In this document: in pieces, positions 19,619 through 29,669 of the stretch | Layout of the letters: every line of letters begins with the position of its first letter | Position numbering within the stretch: position 1 is the first letter of the stretch | Source of the DNA: Bacteroidota bacterium | Lineage (GTDB): Bacteria; Bacteroidota; Bacteroidia; Bacteroidales; JAADJA01 | Direction: 5' to 3' | DNA length: 64,000 nucleotides | Assembly: GCA_020444515.1 (NCBI GenBank) | Contig: JAHLKX010000003.1 | Span: 384,997-448,996 of the forward strand | Program-made: the position numbers and the translations under genes | Notes under the pieces: model-generated | Databases searched by the model: none | What the model was told of the DNA's origin: nothing | The model's input: only the letters and a program-made list of their open reading frames with translations

Positions 19619-21040
19619 TTACATGCGTGGTTCATCCTTCAATCGTGCACGCTGAGGATTGGTATTAACATTGATCCCAATTCCTATGTTAATTCGGTGC
19701 GGCGAGGACTTTGAGTTTTTCAAATTCATATACTCATAATTGATCTTTAGCCTTAAAATATGGTAGTCGAAATAAAAACCGGCCCTGGGAACCAACAAAA
19801 ACTGGTCATCAGGTTTTTGATTCGATCCTCTGAAGTTTCCATAGGTATAAGCTCCATTCAACCCGGCGAAAAACCCTGCTCCTTGCTCAAACCTGATATT
19901 CTTGAAGTTAAAAAACTTGTCAGCGCCAATGTGAAAGCAGGACCTGCTTTCCCAATACTGGTAATAAACATCCGGAGCAGATTCATACAATACACTCCGA
20001 ACGGTTGGTCTTGTTTTGTATCCCAATGCCAGTTGAAAATTGTTTTTGGACTCGAGGATTCCGATTTGACCGCCCAGCATTAAATCTTTGTTATTAAAAT
20101 TTAAATCAAAATCGAGAATAAAATGATCAGCACGGAATTTTCGGGTGGGAAAAGCTCCTTTTTCGCTGAGCATTTCCCGAACCAAATGATTACCATAAGT
20201 CTCTGCAAGGTCATATTGGTTGAGGTTTTCAGAAATTGAATGGTTTACATTTGCACCAGCATCTATGAGTTGTTCAACAATGCCAAATTGCCGGTTGATA
20301 ATGGCCAGTGATAGGGCACTGTAATTATACTGATTGACGGCATTGATATCAGCTCCCTGTCCAAGCAAATACTCAACCAGATCGGGATACCCGTTTTGGG
20401 CTGCTATCATCAATGGTGTAAAACCTTTCAGATCTGCTGCATTGACCAGCGCTCCATTCTCGATGAGTAGGGCTGTGATATTCAGGTTTCCATAAAATAC
20501 GCTGAAATGAATTGCTTCATTTCCAAAATTATCTGCAGCATTGACATCGGCACCATAAAAGATCAGGACATCGGCTAATAACTCATAATTAAAAGCTGCA
20601 GCATACATCAGTGGACGCACTCCATCCAGGTTGCGCGTATTGACATTCGCCCCGTTTAGGATCAGGGTATCGGCTACATAAACATGATCCGCAATGGATG
20701 CACCCAACAAGGCATCAATTTGGTTAATGGGTTTTTCATTGACATCCGCACCAGCTTCGATCAGGATTTCAACTGCCCTCAAATGTCCTTCCTGTGCAGC
20801 ATACATCAATGGCGTCACACCTTCCCAGGTAGTTGCATTGACATTGGTTCCAATTTCCAGAAATGCTTTGATAAGCGTGGTATCACCTTCGGCAGCGGCC
20901 ATCATCAGCTCAGTTTCAGCATCTTGATAAAAATATACCGTATCTTTTAATTCAATATATTTTATATCCTGAGCCAGTCCGGACGGGATTAACACGATAA
21001 AAACGAACAGTATCAATATTGCCTGCCTGGCTGTAATCAT
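19619..21040 (-). CDS. Signal-peptide ankyrin-repeat protein with beta-barrel-like C-terminal domain
   Basis: About eight ANK repeats (for example GVTPLMYAAQEGHLRAVEILIEAGADVNE and GFTPLMIAAQNGYPDLVEYLLGQGADINA). These are followed by about 170 aa of alternating hydrophobic and aromatic strands (GAYTYGNF, GFYFDYHILRLKINYEY). Confidence 0.8.
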   Translation of the reverse strand: MITARQAILILFVFIVLIPSGLAQDIKYIELKDTVYFYQDAETELMMAAAEGDTTLIKAFLEIGTNVNATTWEGVTPLMYAAQEGHLRAVEILIEAGADVNEKPINQIDALLGASIADHVYVADTLILNGANVNTRNLDGVRPLMYAAAFNYELLADVLIFYGADVNAADNFGNEAIHFSVFYGNLNITALLIENGALVNAADLKGFTPLMIAAQNGYPDLVEYLLGQGADINAVNQYNYSALSLAIINRQFGIVEQLIDAGANVNHSISENLNQYDLAETYGNHLVREMLSEKGAFPTRKFRADHFILDFDLNFNNKDLMLGGQIGILESKNNFQLALGYKTRPTVRSVLYESAPDVYYQYWESRSCFHIGADKFFNFKNIRFEQGAGFFAGLNGAYTYGNFRGSNQKPDDQFLLVPRAGFYFDYHILRLKINYEYMNLKNSKSSPHRINIGIGINVNTNPQRARLKDEPRM

Positions 21041-21058
21041 CTTTGCTATATATTATGC

Positions 21059-22414
21059 TTACCAGATTGTTTTTAATTCATCTCTTGTTAAAACGGTATT
21101 TTTTTGAGATGTGTTATAATCATAAAAATATCTTTTATAGCTTTTTCTGTAGTCAAATCCATCAAATAAACTTTTGCTTTCAGATCGCATTACAGCCAAA
21201 TAATCAGAAAGGTTATCGATGCCCCCATATTCAGCAACTGCAACGTAATAGGGTTCTATTTTTTCGTAATCAATTCCTATTTCTTGTTTTATTTCCAGGG
21301 GCAATTCAACCAGTGCTATTTCAGAGGCATTTCCATCAACAAAGTTTGACCACGAATATTCACGGATTTTTGGAAAATTCTCCATATAGCCTCCGGAGGC
21401 ATGTATAAAATCGGCTTCCCCCGATACATTGATATCGCTGATCAATCCGTCCATGGCCGGATTAGCGGTAACCGACAGATTAAAATCCGCTATGTTATCA
21501 GGAATTCCCTCACTGGCATCATAATACTTATCAAATGTATAGGAGATCATTTCATCATTATAGTAACATGAAAGTCCAAACTCTTCAAAAGTATTGTTCT
21601 CAAGATATTTTATCAAATATTCAGACTGGTTATGACCCCATTTCGAATTGGAAAAACTTTCATCCCACAACCTGATCTGATTGGATCTATTTGCCCAAAT
21701 GCCATCTATATAAATGGACTTAAAAGGCACTGCTGACATCAATAATTTAGACGTCAGGGGTTGTTGAAGATCCAGCGAATAGGTATTTACTTGATCACTG
21801 GCAAATTCCTGATCAGGAAGAAGTGATCCAAATCCTCCATTTTCAGTAAAAACAGCACCATATAAGGAAGCTTTGCCATTTTTTTGAAGCCGGCTAATGA
21901 GCATGTCCACCTCAACATTTCCCGGAGGTGGAGCATTATGGTAATCATAAGTGCCATTGTGGGTTGATACCAGATACCGTGTATAAATATCCTCAGGATA
22001 GGTCATGGTAACATTGATTTCGGTGGGTTCAAATCCTCCGGTTTCGAGTGGTTTAAAAAACCAGTTTTGAAGATTGACGGATTGGTATGTATTAATGGTA
22101 TAATACGTAATGGTATCATCACCAAACAGATCGTCAAATTGAATGACCATTGTCAAAGTAATATTTTCAGGTTTTGTATCAAACTCAAGTGTTGATGGCC
22201 CTGAAAATGATTTGTATTCTAAAGTTTCCTGTCCATCCGATGAGCCAATAATGATCCATCCCTGCAAATCATTTCGCTCAATGGATACCACAAAATTCGA
22301 ATTATCGGCTGGCAGATCAATTTCGTCATCTTTAAAACAAGAAGTACTGATTAAATTAAACACCAATAGCAGAATAAAATTCCACTTTAAAAATGATAAC
22401 GCTTGTTTTCTCAT
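21059..22414 (-). CDS. Hypothetical lipoprotein (451 aa), no recognisable domain
   Basis: Signal plus lipobox LISTSC. It is a long ORF on the same strand, 18 nt upstream of the ankyrin gene. Confidence 0.65.
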   Translation of the reverse strand: MRKQALSFLKWNFILLLVFNLISTSCFKDDEIDLPADNSNFVVSIERNDLQGWIIIGSSDGQETLEYKSFSGPSTLEFDTKPENITLTMVIQFDDLFGDDTITYYTINTYQSVNLQNWFFKPLETGGFEPTEINVTMTYPEDIYTRYLVSTHNGTYDYHNAPPPGNVEVDMLISRLQKNGKASLYGAVFTENGGFGSLLPDQEFASDQVNTYSLDLQQPLTSKLLMSAVPFKSIYIDGIWANRSNQIRLWDESFSNSKWGHNQSEYLIKYLENNTFEEFGLSCYYNDEMISYTFDKYYDASEGIPDNIADFNLSVTANPAMDGLISDINVSGEADFIHASGGYMENFPKIREYSWSNFVDGNASEIALVELPLEIKQEIGIDYEKIEPYYVAVAEYGGIDNLSDYLAVMRSESKSLFDGFDYRKSYKRYFYDYNTSQKNTVLTRDELKTIW

Positions 22415-22474
22415 CAGGTCAAATTATTAGATTTATTTTACTAAATTAATTCAATAAAATGATGATGGAGGATT

Positions 22475-23494
22475 TTACAGAAAAAAACACTTCCATTTTC
22501 CAGGGTCAAATGCCACCCAGTAGATATTTCCAAGGCCATTCCGAATGCCATCCGATAACCTGTATATATCTTCAATATTTTTAGTCTGATGGTTCACCAT
22601 ATCAGGATCAACCCGCTGGCTGGTAAAGAACAGGTACTTTCCATCAGGTGAAACCAGTGGGCAATAATCCAGTTTATTCGAATTGATTTCCGGGCCGAGA
22701 TTCCTGGCCGGGGTCCACATCGTATCATTCACCCGATACGAGATATACAGGTCACCTCCTCCCAGGCCATCCTCCCTGCCGAAAGATGAAAATATAAGAT
22801 ATTGTTCATCGGGTGCGACATAAGCATTGAATTCATAGGATGCTGAGTTCACGCCCTCACCCAGGTTCACAGGCTGCTGATATTCACCCGCAATCATTCT
22901 GGACATATAAATATCTTCTCCGCCAAAGGAATCTTCTCTTTGTGCTGTAAAATAGAGGTTACCATTGGAACTGATGGAAGGATAGTATTCGTCGCCCTCC
23001 ACGTTGACAGGAAATTTCAGGGCTTGCGGTCTGGTCCAGCCGGATTTGGATTTTTCAGTGAACCATATATTCCATTCCGATTTTTTACTGAGCGTATCAA
23101 TGGGTCTTTTACTGACAAAAAAAAGCTTTTGCCCATCCGGTGTAAAAGCCGGTTCTATATCACTGTAACGACCGGAAAAAGGGGCAATTTGTGTTCCTGA
23201 CCAAAAAGCACCATCGTGCTGCAGATACAGGATAACACTGAGATTATTGCCAGGCAAAACCATTGAATAGAAGATTTCAGTTCCATCGGGTGATAAGGCT
23301 AAATCCCGCTCATTACGGGGAGTGGATATCACCGAAGGGGAAAACAATCGGGCGGTATCACCCGGGGGATTTTCTCCAAAATACCGCCATTCTGATTGCT
23401 GCCGGGTTCCGGATCCCTGTCCTCCCTGTTGGGTGCAGGAAAATAAATAAAATGACAGGATGAGTAAAAGGATCGGGGAGATAATGTTGTTCAT
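22475..23494 (-). CDS. PD40/TolB-like beta-propeller lipoprotein
   Basis: Repeated PD40 motifs LSPDGTEIFYS, FTPDGQKLFFVS, VAPDEQYLIFSS and VSPDGKYLFFTS, with a lipobox LFSC. Confidence 0.8.
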   Translation of the reverse strand: MNNIISPILLLILSFYLFSCTQQGGQGSGTRQQSEWRYFGENPPGDTARLFSPSVISTPRNERDLALSPDGTEIFYSMVLPGNNLSVILYLQHDGAFWSGTQIAPFSGRYSDIEPAFTPDGQKLFFVSKRPIDTLSKKSEWNIWFTEKSKSGWTRPQALKFPVNVEGDEYYPSISSNGNLYFTAQREDSFGGEDIYMSRMIAGEYQQPVNLGEGVNSASYEFNAYVAPDEQYLIFSSFGREDGLGGGDLYISYRVNDTMWTPARNLGPEINSNKLDYCPLVSPDGKYLFFTSQRVDPDMVNHQTKNIEDIYRLSDGIRNGLGNIYWVAFDPGKWKCFFL

Positions 23495-23569
23495 AACATT
23501 CAGATTCTTTGTTACCTTAGCAAAGGTAAATAAATACCCGCTTTATTAAAAGCATTGTATCAACAGTTC

Positions 23570-24412
23570 ATGCTCAGTAAGATTTTCCAGACAATCAATA
23601 TCCTGAGCCTCGACGTGGTTGTGGGGGCCTTTCTGGGTGCACATTTTGCATCAAAAATATTTGAAGCTGCGCCCGGTATTGCCTTTTGGATTATCCTTCC
23701 GGTTTCGGTGTGGGTAGTATATACCGCCGATCACCTGGTGGATGCATACCGACTGAAGTCAAAGGCACACACACCGCGACATCTTTTTCATCATCATCAT
23801 TTTAAAATCCTGGGTTTGATGGTGATCAGTCTGTCTGTGATCAATGTGCTACTCGCCATCTTTTTCCTGGATCACCGGATCGTTATTTTCGGATTCGTGG
23901 TTGGGGGTTTTACACTGTTATATTTATTCACCGTTCATTTTCTTGGCGGTCGGAAAAAGTTTTATTTGCAAAAGGAGTTTTTCGTGGCAATCATTTATGT
24001 ATCGGGCGTTTGGGGCGGCCCCTGGGCATTATCGGATTTTCCCGTAGAAAGGTACTCACTTATCTTGTTTTTTATTTTTTTCTTGCTGGCCATTGCAGAT
24101 GTACTCATTTTTACGGTATATGAATTTTCGACAGATCGGCTCGATAACCACCCTACCCTTTTTTCTCATGTGGGGCAAAAAACCATCATGGTCCTTTTTT
24201 TCTGTGCAACCGCCATGGCAACCATTGGAAGCATTTTTATAATTGTTGAATCACCATTTTTTATCGACAGGGCAGCCGCCAAAATTTATTTGATAATGCT
24301 ATTTGTTCTGCTACTCCTTGTTTCGATGCCTGACCTGTTTAAATCTCACGACCAGTATCGATATTTTGCCGAAATGGTATTCTGGCTTCCGGCAATTCTG
24401 CTCTTAATATGA
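23570..24412 (+). CDS. Polytopic membrane protein, possibly UbiA-like prenyltransferase superfamily
   Basis: Trimmed to ATG 23570. It has multiple TM helices and a DxxxD-like motif (TADHLVDAY). The assignment is weak. Confidence 0.45.
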   Translation: MLSKIFQTINILSLDVVVGAFLGAHFASKIFEAAPGIAFWIILPVSVWVVYTADHLVDAYRLKSKAHTPRHLFHHHHFKILGLMVISLSVINVLLAIFFLDHRIVIFGFVVGGFTLLYLFTVHFLGGRKKFYLQKEFFVAIIYVSGVWGGPWALSDFPVERYSLILFFIFFLLAIADVLIFTVYEFSTDRLDNHPTLFSHVGQKTIMVLFFCATAMATIGSIFIIVESPFFIDRAAAKIYLIMLFVLLLLVSMPDLFKSHDQYRYFAEMVFWLPAILLLI

Positions 24413-24467
24413 AAATGATTTCTCCAAACATTCTAAATCTTTCTTAATTTTATCACAAATTTTCCGA

Positions 24468-26855
24468 ATGGGTCAACCTTGTGTGCATTGTGGCGAAGAC
24501 TGTGGGAAACATCCCGTTATGTGGGAGGAAAAACCCTTTTGTTGTCATGGGTGTAAAACCGTTTACCAAATTCTGAATGAGAAAGAACTCAAACAGTATT
24601 ATGAGATCGAGCAAATGCCGGGCATCAGGGTTGAAACGGAAGAAGTGGGCGATAAATACGCCTATCTCGACCTGGAAGAGATCAAAGAAAAGCTCCTTGA
24701 CTTTTCGGATGGGGGTGTGAGCAAAGTTACCCTGTTTATTCCCGCCATCCATTGTGCTTCATGCATTTGGTTGCTGGAGAACATGAATACGCTGCATCCC
24801 GGCATCATCAATTCAACAGTCAATTTTCCCAAAAAAGAAGTGTACATCACATTTAAAGATGATGAAATCAGTTTACGCAAAGTTGTTGAATTGCTGGCAT
24901 CCATCCATTATATTCCCGAAATTACCCTGGAACGGGTAGGGCAACAAAAATCGAAAAAAAGCAGTACCACGCTGTTATTGAAAATAGGGATCACAGGATT
25001 CGTATTGATGAATGTGATGATGTACAATTTTCCTGAATATCTTCCAGGTGGGGAATTACTGGAAGATGATTTTAAAAAACTGTTTGGTTGGCTGAGTCTT
25101 TTTCTATCGATCCCGGTGGTGGTTTATTGCAGCAACGACTATTACCTGACTGCCATCAAAAGCCTGAAGCATAAGATCATCAGCATCGACCTTCCCATTG
25201 CCCTGGGCATCATTACCTTATTTTTACAAAGTGCTTATGATATCATTACAGGTTCAGGTATTGGATACCTCGATTCGCTATCCGGGTTGGTTTTTTTCCT
25301 GCTGATCGGAAAATGGTATCAGAGCAAAACCTACCAGGCCCTTTCATTTGAGAGGGATTATAAATCGTATTTCCCGGTAGCTGTCACCAAAATACATAAC
25401 GGCGCCGAAACCGTTATGCCCCTTGAAAACCTGAAGGAAGGAGATCATATACTTGTACGCAACCAGGAATTGATCCCGGCAGATTCACGTATCTTTAAAG
25501 GAGAAGGCAATATCGATTACAGTTTTGTGACGGGTGAATCGATTCCTGTTGCAAAACAAACCGGGGATCCTGTATTTGCCGGTGGCCGCCAGGTAGGCAG
25601 TGCTGTTGAGTTAGAAGTAACCAGGGATGTAGAACAGAGTTACCTTACCCAGCTTTGGAACCAGGAAAAGTCAGCCGACAAATACGAAAGTCGGTTAAAT
25701 ATTTTGATCAACAATGTCAGTCAGTATTTTACGGTGATCATTCTTAGCATTGCTTTCGGGGCGGGCATTTATTGGCTTTTCATTGACCAGGCTACAGCTA
25801 TTTTTGTTTTCACCTCGGTTCTTATCGTGGCCTGTCCCTGCGCACTTGCACTTACGGTTCCTTTTACCTTTGGAAGTACTTTGCGCCAGTTTGGAAGGCA
25901 GGGTTTTTACCTCAAAAAAACGGAAGTGATCGAACAATTGCACAAGGTGACGTCCATCGTATTTGACAAAACGGGAACCATCACCCAGAACAAAGCATTA
26001 AAAACGGAATTCATTGGAGATGCACTGAGTGATGACCAAATAAGAATGATAAAGTCCCTGGTCCGTCACTCCACCCATCCATTAAGTGCAGCACTTTTTG
26101 CTAACCTGCCGGGTGAGGAATTTGAGGAAGTGGAGAACTTTAAAGAACTACCTGGTCTGGGTATAACCGGGATGATCAACGGAACCCGCCTCAATGTGGG
26201 TTCCCGAAAATTTGTGACCGGCAAAACCGATGATGTACAAGGATTAAAAAGCACCGTTTATGTATTCATTGGGAATAAGATCATGGGACATTTCCAGCTG
26301 GAGAACCAGTATCGTAGCGGATTGAAAGAAGTAATTGAAGACCTGGGTCATCAATATGATCTGCACCTGCTCACGGGCGACAATGAAGCCGAGAAACCGA
26401 ATTTGATTCCATTATTCAGGGATGAGACCCGTTTGAAATTCAATCAAACGCCTACGGATAAACTGGATTATGTTAAAGCCCTCAAAGCCAAAGGAAAGAC
26501 GGTACTGATGGTCGGCGATGGCCTGAACGATGCCGGGGCACTCAATGAAAGCGATGTGGGAATTACCATTGCCGATGACATTTATCACTTCTCTCCCGCC
26601 TGTGATGCCATTCTGGAATCCTCGAAATTCAGGAGCCTCAACCGATACATCCGGTTTACCCGCACCAGCATGACCATTGTTAAAATCAGTTTTGTCATAT
26701 CCTTTCTGTATAATATCGGTGGTTTATTTTTTGCAGTGCAGGGAATGCTTACACCTGTAATTGCAGCCATCCTGATGCCCATCAGTTCAGTTTCAGTTGT
26801 GGCCTTTGTAACTTTTGCCGTTTCCCATCGGGCCAATAAAGTATTCAGAAATTAG
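24468..26855 (+). CDS. ccoI: Heavy-metal (copper) translocating P1B-type ATPase, CcoI/FixI-type
   Basis: Cys-rich N-terminal metal-binding ribbon (CVHCGEDC...CCHGC), the CPC motif (VACPCALAL), the DKTGTIT phosphorylation site, and GDGLNDAG. It lies directly upstream of the cbb3 genes. Confidence 0.9.
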   Translation: MGQPCVHCGEDCGKHPVMWEEKPFCCHGCKTVYQILNEKELKQYYEIEQMPGIRVETEEVGDKYAYLDLEEIKEKLLDFSDGGVSKVTLFIPAIHCASCIWLLENMNTLHPGIINSTVNFPKKEVYITFKDDEISLRKVVELLASIHYIPEITLERVGQQKSKKSSTTLLLKIGITGFVLMNVMMYNFPEYLPGGELLEDDFKKLFGWLSLFLSIPVVVYCSNDYYLTAIKSLKHKIISIDLPIALGIITLFLQSAYDIITGSGIGYLDSLSGLVFFLLIGKWYQSKTYQALSFERDYKSYFPVAVTKIHNGAETVMPLENLKEGDHILVRNQELIPADSRIFKGEGNIDYSFVTGESIPVAKQTGDPVFAGGRQVGSAVELEVTRDVEQSYLTQLWNQEKSADKYESRLNILINNVSQYFTVIILSIAFGAGIYWLFIDQATAIFVFTSVLIVACPCALALTVPFTFGSTLRQFGRQGFYLKKTEVIEQLHKVTSIVFDKTGTITQNKALKTEFIGDALSDDQIRMIKSLVRHSTHPLSAALFANLPGEEFEEVENFKELPGLGITGMINGTRLNVGSRKFVTGKTDDVQGLKSTVYVFIGNKIMGHFQLENQYRSGLKEVIEDLGHQYDLHLLTGDNEAEKPNLIPLFRDETRLKFNQTPTDKLDYVKALKAKGKTVLMVGDGLNDAGALNESDVGITIADDIYHFSPACDAILESSKFRSLNRYIRFTRTSMTIVKISFVISFLYNIGGLFFAVQGMLTPVIAAILMPISSVSVVAFVTFAVSHRANKVFRN

Positions 26856-27011
26856 AAGGGTCATGCTACAACGATGATTCAAAATTGTTCAATTTATCCA
26901 CTTAACAAAAGGCATTTTGTACTATTTTTATATACTTTTTTAACAAGTTGAATATGTTAACCAACAGTAATTAAAGCAATTGGGCAATGTTAATAATTCA
27001 TCTGTTAAAAT

Positions 27012-27042
27012 TTTGTTAAAATAATCTAAAGCAATATTTTTG
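27012..27042 (+). promoter_or_regulatory. Promoter TTTG-N19-TATTTTTG upstream of ccoS-ccoNOQP
   Basis: TTTG at 27012..27015 and TATTTTTG at 27035..27042. The ccoS ATG is at 27069. Confidence 0.5.
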
Positions 27043-27068
27043 TATCGAAATACCTAAATTCATTTTTC

Positions 27069-27311
27069 ATGCAGGTTATCTTCTTTCTGATTGCTATTGG
27101 TATTCTCGTTGCGGGGGGATTTTTAGTTGCTTTTATCTGGTCGGTAAAATCAGGTCAATACGATGACGATTACACCCCCTCTGTTCGAATTCTTTTTGAT
27201 AACTACAAATCCGATACAAACGGTCAATCAACTGAGGAATCAAAAACTGAAGAAGATAAAAACGAAAAAAGCGAAGCACAAAGCAAAAAATCCAATAATA
27301 ACAAATCTTGA
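27069..27311 (+). CDS. ccoS: cbb3-type cytochrome oxidase maturation protein CcoS/FixS, with a long charged C-terminal tail
   Basis: The single-TM N-terminus MQVIFFLIAIGILVAGGFLVAFIWSVKSGQYDD is the CcoS signature. It is followed by a Lys/Glu/Ser-rich tail of about 35 aa. Confidence 0.8.
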   Translation: MQVIFFLIAIGILVAGGFLVAFIWSVKSGQYDDDYTPSVRILFDNYKSDTNGQSTEESKTEEDKNEKSEAQSKKSNNNKS

Positions 27312-27315
27312 GTTT

Positions 27316-29454
27316 ATGGCACTTGAAAAGTTTACTTACGACAACAAGCTGGCGAAATCTTTCGCTGTTGTGACCATTTTATGGGGTGTGGTTGGGTTCC
27401 TGGTGGGACTGATCGCTGCCTTTGCCATTTTATGGCCCGGGGTCAGTTTGGAACTGCCCTACCTGACATTTGGCAGGTTGCGTCCGCTTCACACAAACGC
27501 GGCTATTTTTGCATTTGTTGGAAATGCAATTTTTACGGGCGTTTACTATTCATTACCCCGGCTGCTCAAAACCAAGCTGTTCAGCAAAACATTGGGATGG
27601 ATCCATTTCTGGGGATGGCAATTGATCATAGTCCTGGCAGCAATAACCCTGCTGGCTGGCATTACCACCGGGAAGGAATATGCAGAACTGGAGTGGCCCA
27701 TTGATATCCTCATTGCAGGAATCTGGGTTGTTTTTGGATGGAACATGATCGGTACCATACTGAGGCGAAGAACGGAACACATTTATGTGGCCATTTGGTT
27801 TTACCTGGCCACCTTTGTAACAGTTACCGTATTGCACGTCGTCAATTCATTTGAATTGCCCATTTCACTGATAAAAAGTTATCCAATCTATGCTGGCGTG
27901 CAGGATGCACTGGTACAATGGTGGTACGGACATAATGCGGTAGCATTTTTCCTGACGACCCCGATTCTTGGTCTGATGTATTATTTTGTGCCCAAAGCAG
28001 CCAACAGACCGGTTTATTCCTACAAACTTTCCATTATCCATTTCTGGGCCCTCATTTTTATTTATATCTGGGCCGGTCCTCACCACCTATTATATTCAAG
28101 TATACCTGACTGGGCGCAGGCACTGGGTGTTGTATTCTCAATAGCGCTCATTGCACCTTCATGGGGTGGTATGATCAACGGATTGCTGACATTGAGGGGT
28201 GCCTGGGATAAAGTCAGGCAGGATCCGGTATTAAAAATGTTTGTCGTCGGTATTACAGCCTATGGTATGTCGACCTTCGAAGGTCCCATGCTCTCGCTGA
28301 AAAGTGTGAATGCCATTAGCCACTTCACCGACTGGACCATCGCCCATGTGCACATTGGCACACTCGGCTGGAATGGGATGATGACCTTTGGTATGCTTTA
28401 CTGGTTATTTCCACGGTTTTATAAAGTGAAGTTATATTCCACTTCCATGGCCAATGCTCATTTCTGGCTGGCTACACTGGGAATGTTATTTTTTGCTATC
28501 CCGCTTTATTTTGCAGGATTTACACAGGCCCTTATGTGGAAACAATTTACCGCAGAGGGATACCTGAAATATACCAACTTCCTTGAAACTTACACACAGA
28601 TCCGTCCCATGCACATGTTGCGCGCACTGGGTGGGATTATGTATCTGACAGGTGCTGTATTAATGGTGATCAATCTTATTAAGACAGCACAGGCTGGTAA
28701 ATTCCAACGATTTGAAGAAGATCAGGCCACTGCCCGCGAAATCAAAGACCACCATAAAGAAACCTGGCACCGTAAATTGGAGCGTAAACCAGTCATATTG
28801 ACCATTTGGGCACTTATTGCCATATTGATCGGGGGCGTGGTAGAGTTCCTCCCCATGTTCCTTATCAAATCCAATATCCCAACCATTTCCAGTGTTAAAC
28901 CCTATACACCACTCGAATTGGAAGGCAGGGATATCTATATTCGTGAAGGTTGTTACAATTGTCATTCGCAAATGATCCGGCCTTTCCGATCAGAGGTAGA
29001 ACGATATGGAGAATATTCCAAAGCAGGCGAAAATGTGTATGACCATCCTTTCCAGTGGGGTTCCCGCAGAACCGGTCCCGATCTTGCACGGGAGGGTGTT
29101 AAAAGTGGAAAGATATACAAACCCGATTCATGGCACTACGAGCATTTTGTGAATCCACAAAAAACCAATATCCAGTCGATTATGCCACCCTATCCCTGGC
29201 TGGCTGATGACGACATGGATTTGGAAAGTATTCCAAAAAAGATCAGGGCCATGCAAATGCTTGGTGTTCCTTATCCTGAAGGGTATGATGAACAAGCCAT
29301 TGCCGATCTGAAACAACAGGCAGCTAAAATTGCCGGAGGATTGCGACAAGCTGGAATTGAAGTTGAAGATCAAAAGGAAATCATTGCTTTGATTGCTTAT
29401 ATGCAACGATTAGGCACCGATATCACCGAAGGATCAGGAATGGCTAATAAATAA
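27316..29454 (+). CDS. ccoN: cbb3-type cytochrome c oxidase, fused subunits I and II (CcoN-CcoO)
   Basis: Trimmed to ATG 27316 (MALEKFTYDNKLAKSF). It has the polytopic heme-copper oxidase core (HFWALIF..., TIAHVHIGTLGW), then the CcoO part with heme c motif CYNCHSQ. Confidence 0.9.
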   Translation: MALEKFTYDNKLAKSFAVVTILWGVVGFLVGLIAAFAILWPGVSLELPYLTFGRLRPLHTNAAIFAFVGNAIFTGVYYSLPRLLKTKLFSKTLGWIHFWGWQLIIVLAAITLLAGITTGKEYAELEWPIDILIAGIWVVFGWNMIGTILRRRTEHIYVAIWFYLATFVTVTVLHVVNSFELPISLIKSYPIYAGVQDALVQWWYGHNAVAFFLTTPILGLMYYFVPKAANRPVYSYKLSIIHFWALIFIYIWAGPHHLLYSSIPDWAQALGVVFSIALIAPSWGGMINGLLTLRGAWDKVRQDPVLKMFVVGITAYGMSTFEGPMLSLKSVNAISHFTDWTIAHVHIGTLGWNGMMTFGMLYWLFPRFYKVKLYSTSMANAHFWLATLGMLFFAIPLYFAGFTQALMWKQFTAEGYLKYTNFLETYTQIRPMHMLRALGGIMYLTGAVLMVINLIKTAQAGKFQRFEEDQATAREIKDHHKETWHRKLERKPVILTIWALIAILIGGVVEFLPMFLIKSNIPTISSVKPYTPLELEGRDIYIREGCYNCHSQMIRPFRSEVERYGEYSKAGENVYDHPFQWGSRRTGPDLAREGVKSGKIYKPDSWHYEHFVNPQKTNIQSIMPPYPWLADDDMDLESIPKKIRAMQMLGVPYPEGYDEQAIADLKQQAAKIAGGLRQAGIEVEDQKEIIALIAYMQRLGTDITEGSGMANK

Positions 29455-29462
29455 TATTGAAT

Positions 29463-29648
29463 ATGTCGAAAATGGTTGGAAAATTACTGGAAGATGTGGC
29501 CTGGCTTCAAAACCTGTCAGGCTTCCTTACCTTGTTTTTCTTTATGATATTCATTGTAATCATAGTTAGGGTGCTAAGTTGGAAAAAAGAGCAGGTTGAA
29601 GAATTTAAAAATATGCCGCTCACCGACGAAGAACCTGATGAATGTTAA
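29463..29648 (+). CDS. ccoQ: CcoQ/FixQ-like small membrane subunit
   Basis: Single-TM protein of about 60 aa between ccoNO and ccoP. The start is ATG 29463, or TTG 29457. Confidence 0.6.
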   Translation: MSKMVGKLLEDVAWLQNLSGFLTLFFFMIFIVIIVRVLSWKKEQVEEFKNMPLTDEEPDEC

Positions 29649-29669
29649 CATAATAAAACATCAAGCATC

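Noticed and set aside
26948-26961. FNR/CRP-type box (TTGAT-N4-ATCAA) upstream of the cbb3 genes: TTGAATATGTTAAC.
   Set aside because: The right half-site (GTTAA) does not match ATCAA and the sequence is not palindromic. The similarity is expected by chance in AT-rich DNA.
27163-27315. N-terminal extension of the ccoNO ORF overlapping ccoS.
   Set aside because: The extension is Lys-rich out-of-frame read-through of the ccoS tail. The conserved CcoN sequence starts at the ATG at 27316, right after the ccoS stop.
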